Source: a virus (Duplodnaviria > Caudoviricetes). From it: a stretch of 27,312 nucleotides of DNA. The translations under genes were made by a program, and so were the position numbers. Below, one piece after another: positions 1 through 8,513 of this stretch (position 1 is the first letter of the stretch; each line of letters opens with the position of its first letter). The stretch lies in IMG/VR virus record IMGVR_UViG_3300044723_008219, positions 1-27,312 of that record. One strand, written 5' to 3'. The notes beneath the pieces are model-generated. The model saw only the letters and a program-made list of their open reading frames with translations, did no database searches and was not told where the DNA came from.

Positions 1-58
1 GACCAATTTTTTTTACGGAAAAAAACGACCTTAAACATTTGACCCAGGAATCCACCTT

Positions 59-703
59 ATGCCCAGAACCCCAATTACAAAAAAACAGACCGAGACACTT
101 TTGGAGGCCCTCCGGAAAGGGTCGACCTATACGCTCGCTTGCAAAGCCGCCGGGATATCACAGTCCACCTTTTACAAATACATGAGGGAGGGCCGAGAGC
201 AAAAGACAAAAACCAGAATTGAGTTTTTCGAGGCCGTCTCAAATGCGGAATGTGAGAGAGCGGACCTAATGCTCGAGCGGATAGAGGAGGGCTCTAGAAA
301 GGACTGGAAAGCTGCCGCCTGGCTACTCGAGCGGAGATACAATTATCGCAGAGATAGCACTCACGAGATAGAGGAGGCTCCAGAGAAAGCCAGGGAGGTC
401 TCCTCTCCTCATGATCTTTTGATTAGCCAGTCCGCCTCTCTCCAGGAGGCGATCCAAAAAGCAGCAGCTGCGGAGTCCTGGCAAGCCTACGCCGCTCTCC
501 AAAGACAGCTACTCTCCGTCACTCGAGAGATCCAAGCTCTCCAGGCGGTGGAGAGTGAGGACGGCCTCCAAGCTATGACGGACGAGCAGATAATATCTCA
601 AATCGAGGCGGCCGTTATGTCTATGCCTCCAGTACTGAGACAACGCCTCCAAAACCGTTTAGCCCTGGATCTCTCGAATGTCGTTTCCATTAAAAGAGGA
701 TAA
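59..703 (+). CDS. terS: Terminase small subunit (HTH type)
   Basis: N-terminal HTH (LACKAAGISQSTFYKY) and DWKAAAWLLERR motif typical of phage small-terminase-like proteins; first gene of the packaging operon. Confidence 0.75.
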   Translation: MPRTPITKKQTETLLEALRKGSTYTLACKAAGISQSTFYKYMREGREQKTKTRIEFFEAVSNAECERADLMLERIEEGSRKDWKAAAWLLERRYNYRRDSTHEIEEAPEKAREVSSPHDLLISQSASLQEAIQKAAAAESWQAYAALQRQLLSVTREIQALQAVESEDGLQAMTDEQIISQIEAAVMSMPPVLRQRLQNRLALDLSNVVSIKRG

Positions 704-704
704 T

Positions 705-1094
705 ATGATCACCGTAATATTAGCCGGCGTCCTCGGTGGAGTCGCCTTAACCTCGTCTATCTGGGTTTATGTGGAGAGACAGAAAGAACCGGAGGAGATA
801 GATCTCCAGGGTTTAATTGAGAGTACTATCGCAATTCATGAGCCCGCCTCCAATTTGACAGAGCCAGACCTCCTCGAGACCCCTTGTAGCTTGGAGTACA
901 TAGAGAGGGCCGGGAATGATCTCCTATGTCGTGAGATGTTTTGTAGGATGATGACTAGAGGGATAGACGCTAAGGCGAGCGGGGCGGAATGCGAGCAAAT
1001 CTCAAATGTCCAAAATAAGCTGCTTATCCTCGAGACCTGTGAAAAGACAGAGAGCCCGGAGAGCTGCATATCTCTATTTGACAGGCGTCTCTAA
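705..1094 (+). CDS. Membrane-anchored Cys-rich hypothetical protein
   Basis: Start reassigned to ATG 705 (AGAGGA RBS at 695-700, just after the terS stop). N-terminal hydrophobic helix (MITVILAGVLGGVALTSSIWVYV), then a soluble domain with 6 Cys. Confidence 0.7.
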   Translation: MITVILAGVLGGVALTSSIWVYVERQKEPEEIDLQGLIESTIAIHEPASNLTEPDLLETPCSLEYIERAGNDLLCREMFCRMMTRGIDAKASGAECEQISNVQNKLLILETCEKTESPESCISLFDRRL

Positions 1095-1841
1095 ATGAGA
1101 GTCATAGAGGTATTAGAGGCCCTCTCCGATAGACTCTCGGTGGCTATGGTAATTTGCGAGCATGATGGAGAATCGAGCTTAACGATAAAGCTCGCTAATA
1201 ATTCCGCCGCCGTCCTATTCGGCTATCCGACCTCGGCGGCTATGATAGGTCTAGACGTTAAGTCTCTAATGCCCTCTAAATATGCGGATCATCACGATAG
1301 CCACATTCAAAAACATATGTCTAGGAGAGACGGGATAGTCCATAAATCAAGTATTATGGGCCAATGGCGAGACCTAGAGGCGACCGCTCAAAATGGAGAT
1401 ATTATCCCCGTCTCCGTAAATGTCGCAGATGTGAAAAATTCGACCGAGCGTTATTTTGTGGCGATATTTCAGGACCGGAGACGAGACCAGGAGGAGAGAG
1501 GTCGGCTCGAGGCGGCTCTGGAGGAGGCTAAAGCTCTTAAAGCTCAAGCGGAGGAGGCTCGGCTCGAGGCGGATCAAGCTAGAGCCCAGGCGGAGGATAA
1601 TCTCCACCGACAAAAAAAATTAAGTGCCCAGGTCTCACTCCTCCGTCAAATATTCGGGGGGACGGTCGGTCTAATAGTGCTATTAGCTGTATTGGTCGTT
1701 ATCGGGTGGCAGAATGGACAATTTGAGCTTGAGAGCTTGGCTATGTTTGAGAGAATCCTATTAGTATTAACAGGAATGCTCGGCTCGGCTATGGCGGGTG
1801 TTTTTGATAGCCGCAATTCCGGAAAGGATGAAAATAAATGA
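1095..1841 (+). CDS. FixL-like (putative heme) PAS domain protein with coiled coil and two C-terminal transmembrane helices
   Basis: PAS motifs ANNSAAVLFGY, IGLDVKSLMP, HHDSH, IMGQWR, NGDIIPV, YFVAIFQD; Ala/Glu-rich coiled coil; two hydrophobic segments. ATG abuts the upstream stop; ATGA overlap with terL. Confidence 0.8.
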   Translation: MRVIEVLEALSDRLSVAMVICEHDGESSLTIKLANNSAAVLFGYPTSAAMIGLDVKSLMPSKYADHHDSHIQKHMSRRDGIVHKSSIMGQWRDLEATAQNGDIIPVSVNVADVKNSTERYFVAIFQDRRRDQEERGRLEAALEEAKALKAQAEEARLEADQARAQAEDNLHRQKKLSAQVSLLRQIFGGTVGLIVLLAVLVVIGWQNGQFELESLAMFERILLVLTGMLGSAMAGVFDSRNSGKDENK

Positions 1842-3253
1842 TAGAGATCGCTCGCTCTATTTTGGAATTGGAGAGGAGAGTCCAGGAGAATCCCCTGGCT
1901 TATTTCCGTCCGACTCCTCCCCAGGAGCAATTCCTCCGAGACCCCTCTCCGATTAAGCTCTTTCTGGGAGGGAATCAGGTCGGAAAAACGGCGGCCAATT
2001 GTGCGGAGATTCTCTATAGATGCCTCGGAATCCATCCATATATCAAATGCGACCCGCCCCCGGTGGAGTGCTGGCTAATTACTCATTCTCATGATCAATC
2101 GAGAATCATTCAGGACAAGCTCTATCGAATGATCCCGGCGGGGTCTTTACATGAGGACTGCGTATTCATTCCAGGGCGTGGATTTAGAGGCCAGGTCCCA
2201 ATTGTGAGATTCAGAAACGGGAGTATCATCCGAATTAAAACGGTGGCCCAGGGACTCGGACTAGCCTCGGCCTCAATTCCATTCGTGGCGGTGGACGAGC
2301 CAATTCCGGAGGGAGCCTGGGGAGAGATCGCCGCTCGAGTCCTCCGAGGCGGAGCCGGTGGAAAGACCGGGACGATCTCTATCACTATGACCCCGGTCGG
2401 ATGTGATGTCCAATATCTCCGGGCTATGGTGGAGGACGGGAGAATCTCCTGTACTCGAGCCCCGTTAACGGTGGAGGATACGACTCCGAGAGGATGCGAG
2501 CCTCTCCTCTCTCAGGAGCAAATAGATCATATCGCCTCGACCTATCTCCCGATAGACCGAGACGCTCGATTAAAAGGCTCCTGGGATGTAGGGATAGACC
2601 CGTCTCAATTGGTATTTGATAATTTCAAGCCGTCTATGATCTCCGGAGCCCCTTGTCCTCCAGGGGACTATAAATTTGCGGTCGGGATAGATCATGGCTC
2701 GCAGCCGGGAACCCAGGTCGCTATCCTCTCGGCTATCGACATGAAAGAACCCCAGGAGCCGAGAGTCTATATCCTCGGAGAGTATATCGGAGGAGCGTCC
2801 TCTCCCGAGGTCCATGTGAGAGGAATCCTAGAATTACTCCGTAAATATCAAGTCGATCCGGCTATGTGCACATGGACCGGAGACGGGGCGCATTATGCGC
2901 AGAGAGGAAATAAGGGCTTTAAAATGTCTAATGGACTCCTCATGAGAGCATTCGAGAAAGTCCTACATTTACCGCCTCGAGGTCTCCCCTTTACGATTAG
3001 GACGGCTCTCAAATTCAAAAATTCGGTATATTACTCGGCTAGTATGATATACAGTATACTAAGCCGAGAGCATTTCTGGATTCGTCCGGAATGTCGCCAA
3101 TTGATCTCCTCTCTCCAGAGGTGGACTCTAAAGCGGACAAGCTCGGCAAAAAGCACCGATCCATATGGCCATGCGATCGATGCCCTCCGTTACTGCGTCC
3201 TCCCGGTTATACACGAGAGATTCACTCCACCCGCAAAGATTCGGATGTATTAA
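1838..3253 (+). CDS. terL: Terminase large subunit
   Basis: Walker A (FLGGNQVGKT), Walker B (VAVDE), motif III-like (TMTP), RNase H-like nuclease (VGIDHG ... HAIDALRY). Confidence 0.93.
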   Translation: MIEIARSILELERRVQENPLAYFRPTPPQEQFLRDPSPIKLFLGGNQVGKTAANCAEILYRCLGIHPYIKCDPPPVECWLITHSHDQSRIIQDKLYRMIPAGSLHEDCVFIPGRGFRGQVPIVRFRNGSIIRIKTVAQGLGLASASIPFVAVDEPIPEGAWGEIAARVLRGGAGGKTGTISITMTPVGCDVQYLRAMVEDGRISCTRAPLTVEDTTPRGCEPLLSQEQIDHIASTYLPIDRDARLKGSWDVGIDPSQLVFDNFKPSMISGAPCPPGDYKFAVGIDHGSQPGTQVAILSAIDMKEPQEPRVYILGEYIGGASSPEVHVRGILELLRKYQVDPAMCTWTGDGAHYAQRGNKGFKMSNGLLMRAFEKVLHLPPRGLPFTIRTALKFKNSVYYSASMIYSILSREHFWIRPECRQLISSLQRWTLKRTSSAKSTDPYGHAIDALRYCVLPVIHERFTPPAKIRMY

Positions 3254-4717
3254 ATGATTAGATATGATTTTCCTCTAAAGCCTTTAGCCCCGTCAAATCT
3301 AGATCAAAGACGTTGGGAGCATACCTCCTTAAGGCGGAGAATGTTAACCGGAGCCTGGGAGGAGGACCTGGAGGACGAATTAGCGAGACACCTCTCCCCG
3401 GACCGGAGAGAGAGCTGGGGACCCTCGGATCTCTCCTCAAATCCATTTGAGCAAATCACTCGCCAATTGAGCGTTTTATATATGGAGGCCCCGGCGGTCT
3501 CCGCTCCTGGAGACATTAGTCCGTTATTAGGTCGAGAGGGATACGCCACTCGCGCGGGGCTATGGCCTCTCATGTCTAGAGTGCAGCAAATGGTCCTCGG
3601 TCTCCGAGAGTGTATCGTCCGAGTCGAGGTCATTCCTCATGTGAGAGGCGGCTCAAGCTCGAATCCAGGGCTCTATTATCGGATGGTGACTCCGGACTGT
3701 GTATATTGTGAGGTCGATAGTGATCAGCCCGATATTCCCGTCTATTATCGGGAGTATCGACTCCGCATTCATCCGGAGACGGGAGACCAGGAATGGATTT
3801 GTGATGTTTTAGACATTCGAGACATGTCCTATCCGGAATTCGCTCTCTATCGAGTGAATCAGGACGGCTCTCTCGGAGAGGATGTCTCCGAGCTTTATAT
3901 GGGCCACCCGGGACATAGAGGAGAGGACTATCCATTCCGCAATTCCGCCGGGGTCCCCTTTCTACCCCTCTCGGTCTATCATGCTCAAAAGACCGGCGAG
4001 CTATGGAATTTTTTAGACGGTCTCTCTCAGGTCACCGGCTCTCTCAATTCCGCCGTCCTATATTCGATGTTTCTACACTGCGTCCGAGATAACGCCTGGA
4101 GTCAGAAATATATATTGGGAGCCTCGGTCGCCGGTCTCTCTCAAATGGACCAGGGTCTCACCTCTCGCAGAGCTGCAATTGCTACGGACCCCTCCTCCAT
4201 TCTCGTCCTCCAGGCGGATCCGGATACGACAGGTCAACCTCTAGTGGGGACATTTACGCCGCCGATCTCTCCGGATGATCTCCTCGAGTCTATCGCTAAA
4301 TATGAGATGCGAGTCGCTATCTCATCAGGGATAAGCCCCGAGAGTCTCACTCGCCAGAATGCGGATCCCCGCTCCGGATATGCTCTCTCCATAGATAGAG
4401 CCGGGCAAAGAGAAAGCCAGAGGAGATTCGCTCCTATTTTTCGTGTCTCGGACGAGGACCTCCTCGAAAAATCCGCGGCTCTATGTAATCGATATTTAGG
4501 GACCTCTCTCCCGGAGACCGGGTATCGAGTGAGTTATCATAGCCTCGACCTATCCCCGGAGGAATTGAGAGCGCAGAGAGAGGACATTATCGCCAAGCTC
4601 GGAGCCGGCCTAATCAGTCCGATAGATGCGATCCGAATGCTTAACCCCGATCTAGATGAGACCGGGGCGATAGATTTACTACAAAAAATCCGCAGAGAAA
4701 GAGCGGAATATCTTTAA
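3254..4717 (+). CDS. Portal protein
   Basis: 487 aa, directly after terL; portal-like C-terminal features (SGYAL, GLISPIDAIRMLNPD). Call rests mainly on synteny and size. Confidence 0.75.
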   Translation: MIRYDFPLKPLAPSNLDQRRWEHTSLRRRMLTGAWEEDLEDELARHLSPDRRESWGPSDLSSNPFEQITRQLSVLYMEAPAVSAPGDISPLLGREGYATRAGLWPLMSRVQQMVLGLRECIVRVEVIPHVRGGSSSNPGLYYRMVTPDCVYCEVDSDQPDIPVYYREYRLRIHPETGDQEWICDVLDIRDMSYPEFALYRVNQDGSLGEDVSELYMGHPGHRGEDYPFRNSAGVPFLPLSVYHAQKTGELWNFLDGLSQVTGSLNSAVLYSMFLHCVRDNAWSQKYILGASVAGLSQMDQGLTSRRAAIATDPSSILVLQADPDTTGQPLVGTFTPPISPDDLLESIAKYEMRVAISSGISPESLTRQNADPRSGYALSIDRAGQRESQRRFAPIFRVSDEDLLEKSAALCNRYLGTSLPETGYRVSYHSLDLSPEELRAQREDIIAKLGAGLISPIDAIRMLNPDLDETGAIDLLQKIRRERAEYL

Positions 4718-4732
4718 ACCAGGAGACCCAGA

Positions 4733-5395
4733 ATGAAAACAATTACGCACGAGGGCGAGACCTATGTCCTCAAATCAGAAATGGACTCGGCTATCCAGTC
4801 TAGAATCCAAAAATTGAGCGCACGAGCCGCCGAGGCGGAGTCACAGGTCCAGAGCCTCCAAAGCGAGCTAGATAGCGTCTCAGGACGCCTCGGAGCCATA
4901 GATAACCTCCAGGGGCAAATAGAGAGCTTAAAAGGACAATTGGAGACGGCTAATGGACGATTCGATCGCTATCAGGCCGTCTCTAAATATGGCCTTACCG
5001 ATCCGGATCACCTGGAGTTAGTGGAATGGCAATATTCCCGGTCTATGTCGACTCTATCCAAAAAGGACCAATTGCCTCTCGGGGAATGGCTCGAGAGCTT
5101 AGTACAGGACCCCTCTAAAGCTCCCCTGGCTATCCGTCCTCACCTCCAGAGCCTCCAGACCTCGGCTCCGTCTCAGGAGACCGCTCCTCCATCTCAGGAG
5201 GCCGCTCCTCAAATGCAGACTATCCGCCCCGAGTCCTCTCTCCAGGCTCCCGCTCCTCCAAAAATGAATTCAGGAGCTCTCCAGGCTCCTCCGGTGACGG
5301 ATAATTTAGTCGATCGAGGTCTTAAGGATCTCGAATTCTATCGACAAAATAGAGACGCTATCAAAAACGCTTTTTTCCAAAATAGGAGATCATAA
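4733..5395 (+). CDS. Capsid scaffolding protein
   Basis: Long N-terminal coiled coil, Pro/Ala/Gln-rich linker and short C-terminal helix; lies between portal and capsid; AGGAG RBS. Confidence 0.65.
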   Translation: MKTITHEGETYVLKSEMDSAIQSRIQKLSARAAEAESQVQSLQSELDSVSGRLGAIDNLQGQIESLKGQLETANGRFDRYQAVSKYGLTDPDHLELVEWQYSRSMSTLSKKDQLPLGEWLESLVQDPSKAPLAIRPHLQSLQTSAPSQETAPPSQEAAPQMQTIRPESSLQAPAPPKMNSGALQAPPVTDNLVDRGLKDLEFYRQNRDAIKNAFFQNRRS

Positions 5396-5709
5396 TGGCA
5401 ATTGTCGACTTGAGCACAGTAAGCTCTTTTCCATATATTAAATCTATCGCCTCGGTCGGTACGACACAGCAGGAGATCACACTCCCCCAGGGTAAGATCC
5501 GATTATCAATAGGAGGAGATGTGGAGACACAAATCGCCACCTCCTCCGTTAGTGATGGGGCGGCTATGCCATCGGATACTATCGTTATCCCGGCGTCTAA
5601 TTTACTCGAGATCAATTTAGGACATTCGACATTAGACCGAATCTCTAATATTGCGGTCGCCGCCTCCACCGGCTCGGCAAATGTCCAATTGATACTGGAG
5701 CGGATCTAA
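5395..5709 (+). CDS. Small beta-rich putative virion protein
   Basis: TAATG-coupled ORF rich in Ser/Thr/Ile/Val, in the head module. Confidence 0.5.
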   Translation: MAIVDLSTVSSFPYIKSIASVGTTQQEITLPQGKIRLSIGGDVETQIATSSVSDGAAMPSDTIVIPASNLLEINLGHSTLDRISNIAVAASTGSANVQLILERI

Positions 5710-6539
5710 TGGCTAGATTTTCATTTCCGACCTCCGGAGGTGGAGGCGGCTCCCCTGGAGCGTGGACGGCTATCACCTCAGGCGATTTGTCTCTAGATAG
5801 CCAGAGCTATACGACCTTTAATCTCACCTCGTCCTCGATCGAGGGCTATGCGCATAGAATCAATATCGGAGCGGATGTCGGAGGCGCATCTAATACAACG
5901 AGAATGGCCGAAATGGGCATATTGACATTTGATACCGGGATTAGCCTGGATAGCTTAAATCCGGACGAGGGCTCAAATGGAGTCATTCAATTGGAATTTG
6001 AGCCGGCCGGGGTGACTAATACCTCTATTTATTATACGGATACCGCAAATCCTCAAACGGTTATGTTATGGTGCGGATTTGACGGTCCTCCATTTATCTC
6101 GGGTGATATGGTTTATTATGGTCATGGTCTCCAATTAAGGCCTAATTTGAGTGCTACGAATAACGATGGATACTATAATCAGACTAGAATCATGAGGACC
6201 CAGGGGACGACAACGGCTCCCCAGGGCTCGAGCTACGCATTCGGATATAGATTCCAGAATCTCCAAATGACGGCTACAATTGGAAAAACATACACAAGTC
6301 AGAAAGAATTAGCAATTTCACAGGTCGATTGGAATGGGACCATTTTTAGAGATGATGAGGGCTATAACGATTATCAAATGCTCAATACAATTAGTCAGGT
6401 CAGCGATCTCTTAAATACAAAAACGACTAGCACGAGCGAGACGATTAAGCTCGGAGTCGCTTTCCAGGTCGCCCTCGGGAGTGATGGGACAATTACAGGA
6501 TGGGACTTTAATCTCAAATGGAGAAAGCTCCTATCATGA
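5709..6539 (+). CDS. Putative head fibre or decoration protein
   Basis: Short N-terminal peptide, GGGGG linker, then a Thr/Ser/Gly/Asn-rich beta-like domain; TAATG-coupled. Confidence 0.45.
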   Translation: MARFSFPTSGGGGGSPGAWTAITSGDLSLDSQSYTTFNLTSSSIEGYAHRINIGADVGGASNTTRMAEMGILTFDTGISLDSLNPDEGSNGVIQLEFEPAGVTNTSIYYTDTANPQTVMLWCGFDGPPFISGDMVYYGHGLQLRPNLSATNNDGYYNQTRIMRTQGTTTAPQGSSYAFGYRFQNLQMTATIGKTYTSQKELAISQVDWNGTIFRDDEGYNDYQMLNTISQVSDLLNTKTTSTSETIKLGVAFQVALGSDGTITGWDFNLKWRKLLS

Positions 6540-6555
6540 AAAATTAAAATTATCA

Positions 6556-6564
6556 TGATATAGT
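6556..6564 (+). promoter_or_regulatory. Candidate extended -10 promoter for the capsid gene
   Basis: TG-A-TATAGT (consensus TGnTATAAT) in an AT-rich patch of the only large gap upstream of the capsid gene. Confidence 0.4.
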
Positions 6565-6671
6565 ATTTTCAGGCGCAAGCCTACAAAGCGAATTGGGTAC
6601 GGTCGCACCGGAAAAAGCAGAGAGCCCTTAGCACTATCACAATTCACCGTTTAAAATAGGAGCCTTATATC

Positions 6672-7631
6672 ATGGCTGTTAATAATATCATTTCTCAGGG
6701 ATCGCTCGAGACCGATCTCCGCCTGGCGGCTATGCTCTCACAGGAGATCCGCCTCCTCCTCACCGATACCAATAACCTCCGAAATAGCCCTTATATCGAC
6801 TTTATCGGATCCATTAACGGCCTCGGCTCTGATACGATTCGAGTATCTCTAGCCGGTCTCGATGGACGGGACGTTTTTTCAGCGACCGCCGCCGAGGATA
6901 CCGCCGTCGACGCCGCCTCTAATACAGCTTTGACTGATACCTCAGTCGATATTGCTGTAGCTCGTGCAGCTCTGCGCTATCAGGTCTCCGACCTGGCTAA
7001 TATTACCAATTTCCAGGGCGCAGCTAATGGAATTGATGTTTTCCGAATTGCCCAGAGCATGGCGGGATCATACGAGGCTTATTTCGCAGATCTCACCGCC
7101 GCCGCAATTGCGACCTTTACCACCTCCGCCGGTAATACCGGGGCAGCTTTTACAGTGGACGGAATGCTAGACGGCATTTTCGAGCTTGAGAAAGCGGATT
7201 CTAATCGAGGCGTCCCCGGTCCATTCGCCGGAATCCTCCATCCTAAGCAATTGACACAGCTCCAGGATGATCTCCGAAACGAGTCTAATAGCATTTTCGC
7301 ATATAGCCCGGCTACCCTCGAGGCGATCTCGGCTAAGGGCCCCGGCTATGTCGGACGCTTTTTGAATGCGGATCTCTACACCTCCTCATATATTGAGACC
7401 TCAGGTGGCGGCGATCTCCAGGGAGCCCTTTTCGGAGTCGGTGCACTCGGCTATGGGACCGGCGTTCCTCGAGACATGCCTGGAGCGTCCGATTTTATGG
7501 CTATGGGTGATATTGTCGTGGAATTCGAGCGTGACGCAGCGACCGCCTCGACAATTATCATGGGCCATTGCTATCTCGGAATTGGCGTCCTAGACGATAA
7601 CCGAGGCGTTAAGCTGCTCTCTCTAGCTTAA
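6672..7631 (+). CDS. Major capsid protein (HK97 fold, probable)
   Basis: 319 aa, Ala/Gly-rich, AGGAG RBS; capsid-like motifs ILHPKQLTQL, G.VGRFLNADLY.S, VEFERDA and terminal G.GVLD...GV; flanked by intergenic gaps. Confidence 0.8.
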   Translation: MAVNNIISQGSLETDLRLAAMLSQEIRLLLTDTNNLRNSPYIDFIGSINGLGSDTIRVSLAGLDGRDVFSATAAEDTAVDAASNTALTDTSVDIAVARAALRYQVSDLANITNFQGAANGIDVFRIAQSMAGSYEAYFADLTAAAIATFTTSAGNTGAAFTVDGMLDGIFELEKADSNRGVPGPFAGILHPKQLTQLQDDLRNESNSIFAYSPATLEAISAKGPGYVGRFLNADLYTSSYIETSGGGDLQGALFGVGALGYGTGVPRDMPGASDFMAMGDIVVEFERDAATASTIIMGHCYLGIGVLDDNRGVKLLSLA

Positions 7632-7738
7632 TCTTTAAGAGACCCCTTTTTTTTGAGGAGGGGAGACTCGGGTCTATAGGTTTTTCCTGGGTCTCAAATC
7701 TACCGTCTCTCCCCTCCTCTCTATCTATGGAGACCCCT

Positions 7739-8383
7739 ATGGAATATAATAATTTAGCTATGCCCTGGAGCGCAGGTCCGGAGACGGCTCCGGTTCTACC
7801 CGTCCGACCTAATCAAAAATTCTTTTTTAAACATCATCCTAAAAATTGGGCTCTGGAAAAAGTACAGATCCCCGGAAAGAAGAAAGACGAGATCCAAATG
7901 GTCTGGATGTGGCTCCCAATTATCGAGAGCGAGACAGAGAAACCCGGCGTTAATGGAATCCGCATGAATGGAAAATTTGTGGACGCCACCGGGAGACATG
8001 CAGCTCTAGCTCGGAGAGGATACTCTATCTTTCTCCCTAATCAAATAGATTTCCTCCGGGTCTATCCATGCCGAGGCGGTCGCTATTTTGCACATAAATT
8101 TATGATTCTCGAAGATGTGGCCGGGGAATTCGTGGAGACCCTGGATAGAAACGCCTGGAATGAATGGCGAATGAGTCTCGTCCGAGAGGGTAAAATTAAG
8201 CTCCCTCACCCGCAGCTTTTAAAGCGTCTCCTTTTGAGACGGTCTCGACATATCGACCGATATATTAGACAGCAGCATATCCCCGAATTAGCGGCCAAAA
8301 TGGAGACGATTAGAGACGAGGTTAACGCCATGCAGAAAGGAATCGATGATCTCCAGGAGAAAGGGATAAAATATTATGGATGA
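7739..8383 (+). CDS. Hypothetical protein
   Basis: Long ORF after the capsid gene; GGAG upstream of ATG 7739 favours this start over 7727. Confidence 0.6.
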   Translation: MEYNNLAMPWSAGPETAPVLPVRPNQKFFFKHHPKNWALEKVQIPGKKKDEIQMVWMWLPIIESETEKPGVNGIRMNGKFVDATGRHAALARRGYSIFLPNQIDFLRVYPCRGGRYFAHKFMILEDVAGEFVETLDRNAWNEWRMSLVREGKIKLPHPQLLKRLLLRRSRHIDRYIRQQHIPELAAKMETIRDEVNAMQKGIDDLQEKGIKYYG

Positions 8384-8513
8384 TAGAGAGGCTATGAATA
8401 GAGCGGCCGGGCGTATCCTCGAGGACCAGAGACGGTCCGGAAATAATAAAATTACGCATGACGAGATCAAAAATAGGATAATAGAGGCCAGAAAGAGACG
8501 AGGTAAAGAATGA
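8376..8513 (+). CDS. Small basic hypothetical protein, 45 aa (not in ORF track)
   Basis: Translated by hand: MDDREAMNRAAGRILEDQRRSGNNKITHDEIKNRIIEARKRRGKE. Fills the gap, overlaps the upstream stop, and has an ATGA overlap with 8510. Confidence 0.65.
   Translation: MDDREAMNRAAGRILEDQRRSGNNKITHDEIKNRIIEARKRRGKE

Noticed and set aside
1-58. Terminal repeat, cos or att site at the window ends
   Set aside because: No direct or inverted match between the two ends was seen. The T8/A7 tracts may relate to packaging, but this is unsupported.
6595-6627. preQ1-I or c-di-GMP riboswitch
   Set aside because: Only a superficial hairpin plus A-run resemblance; loop size and conserved nucleotides do not match.
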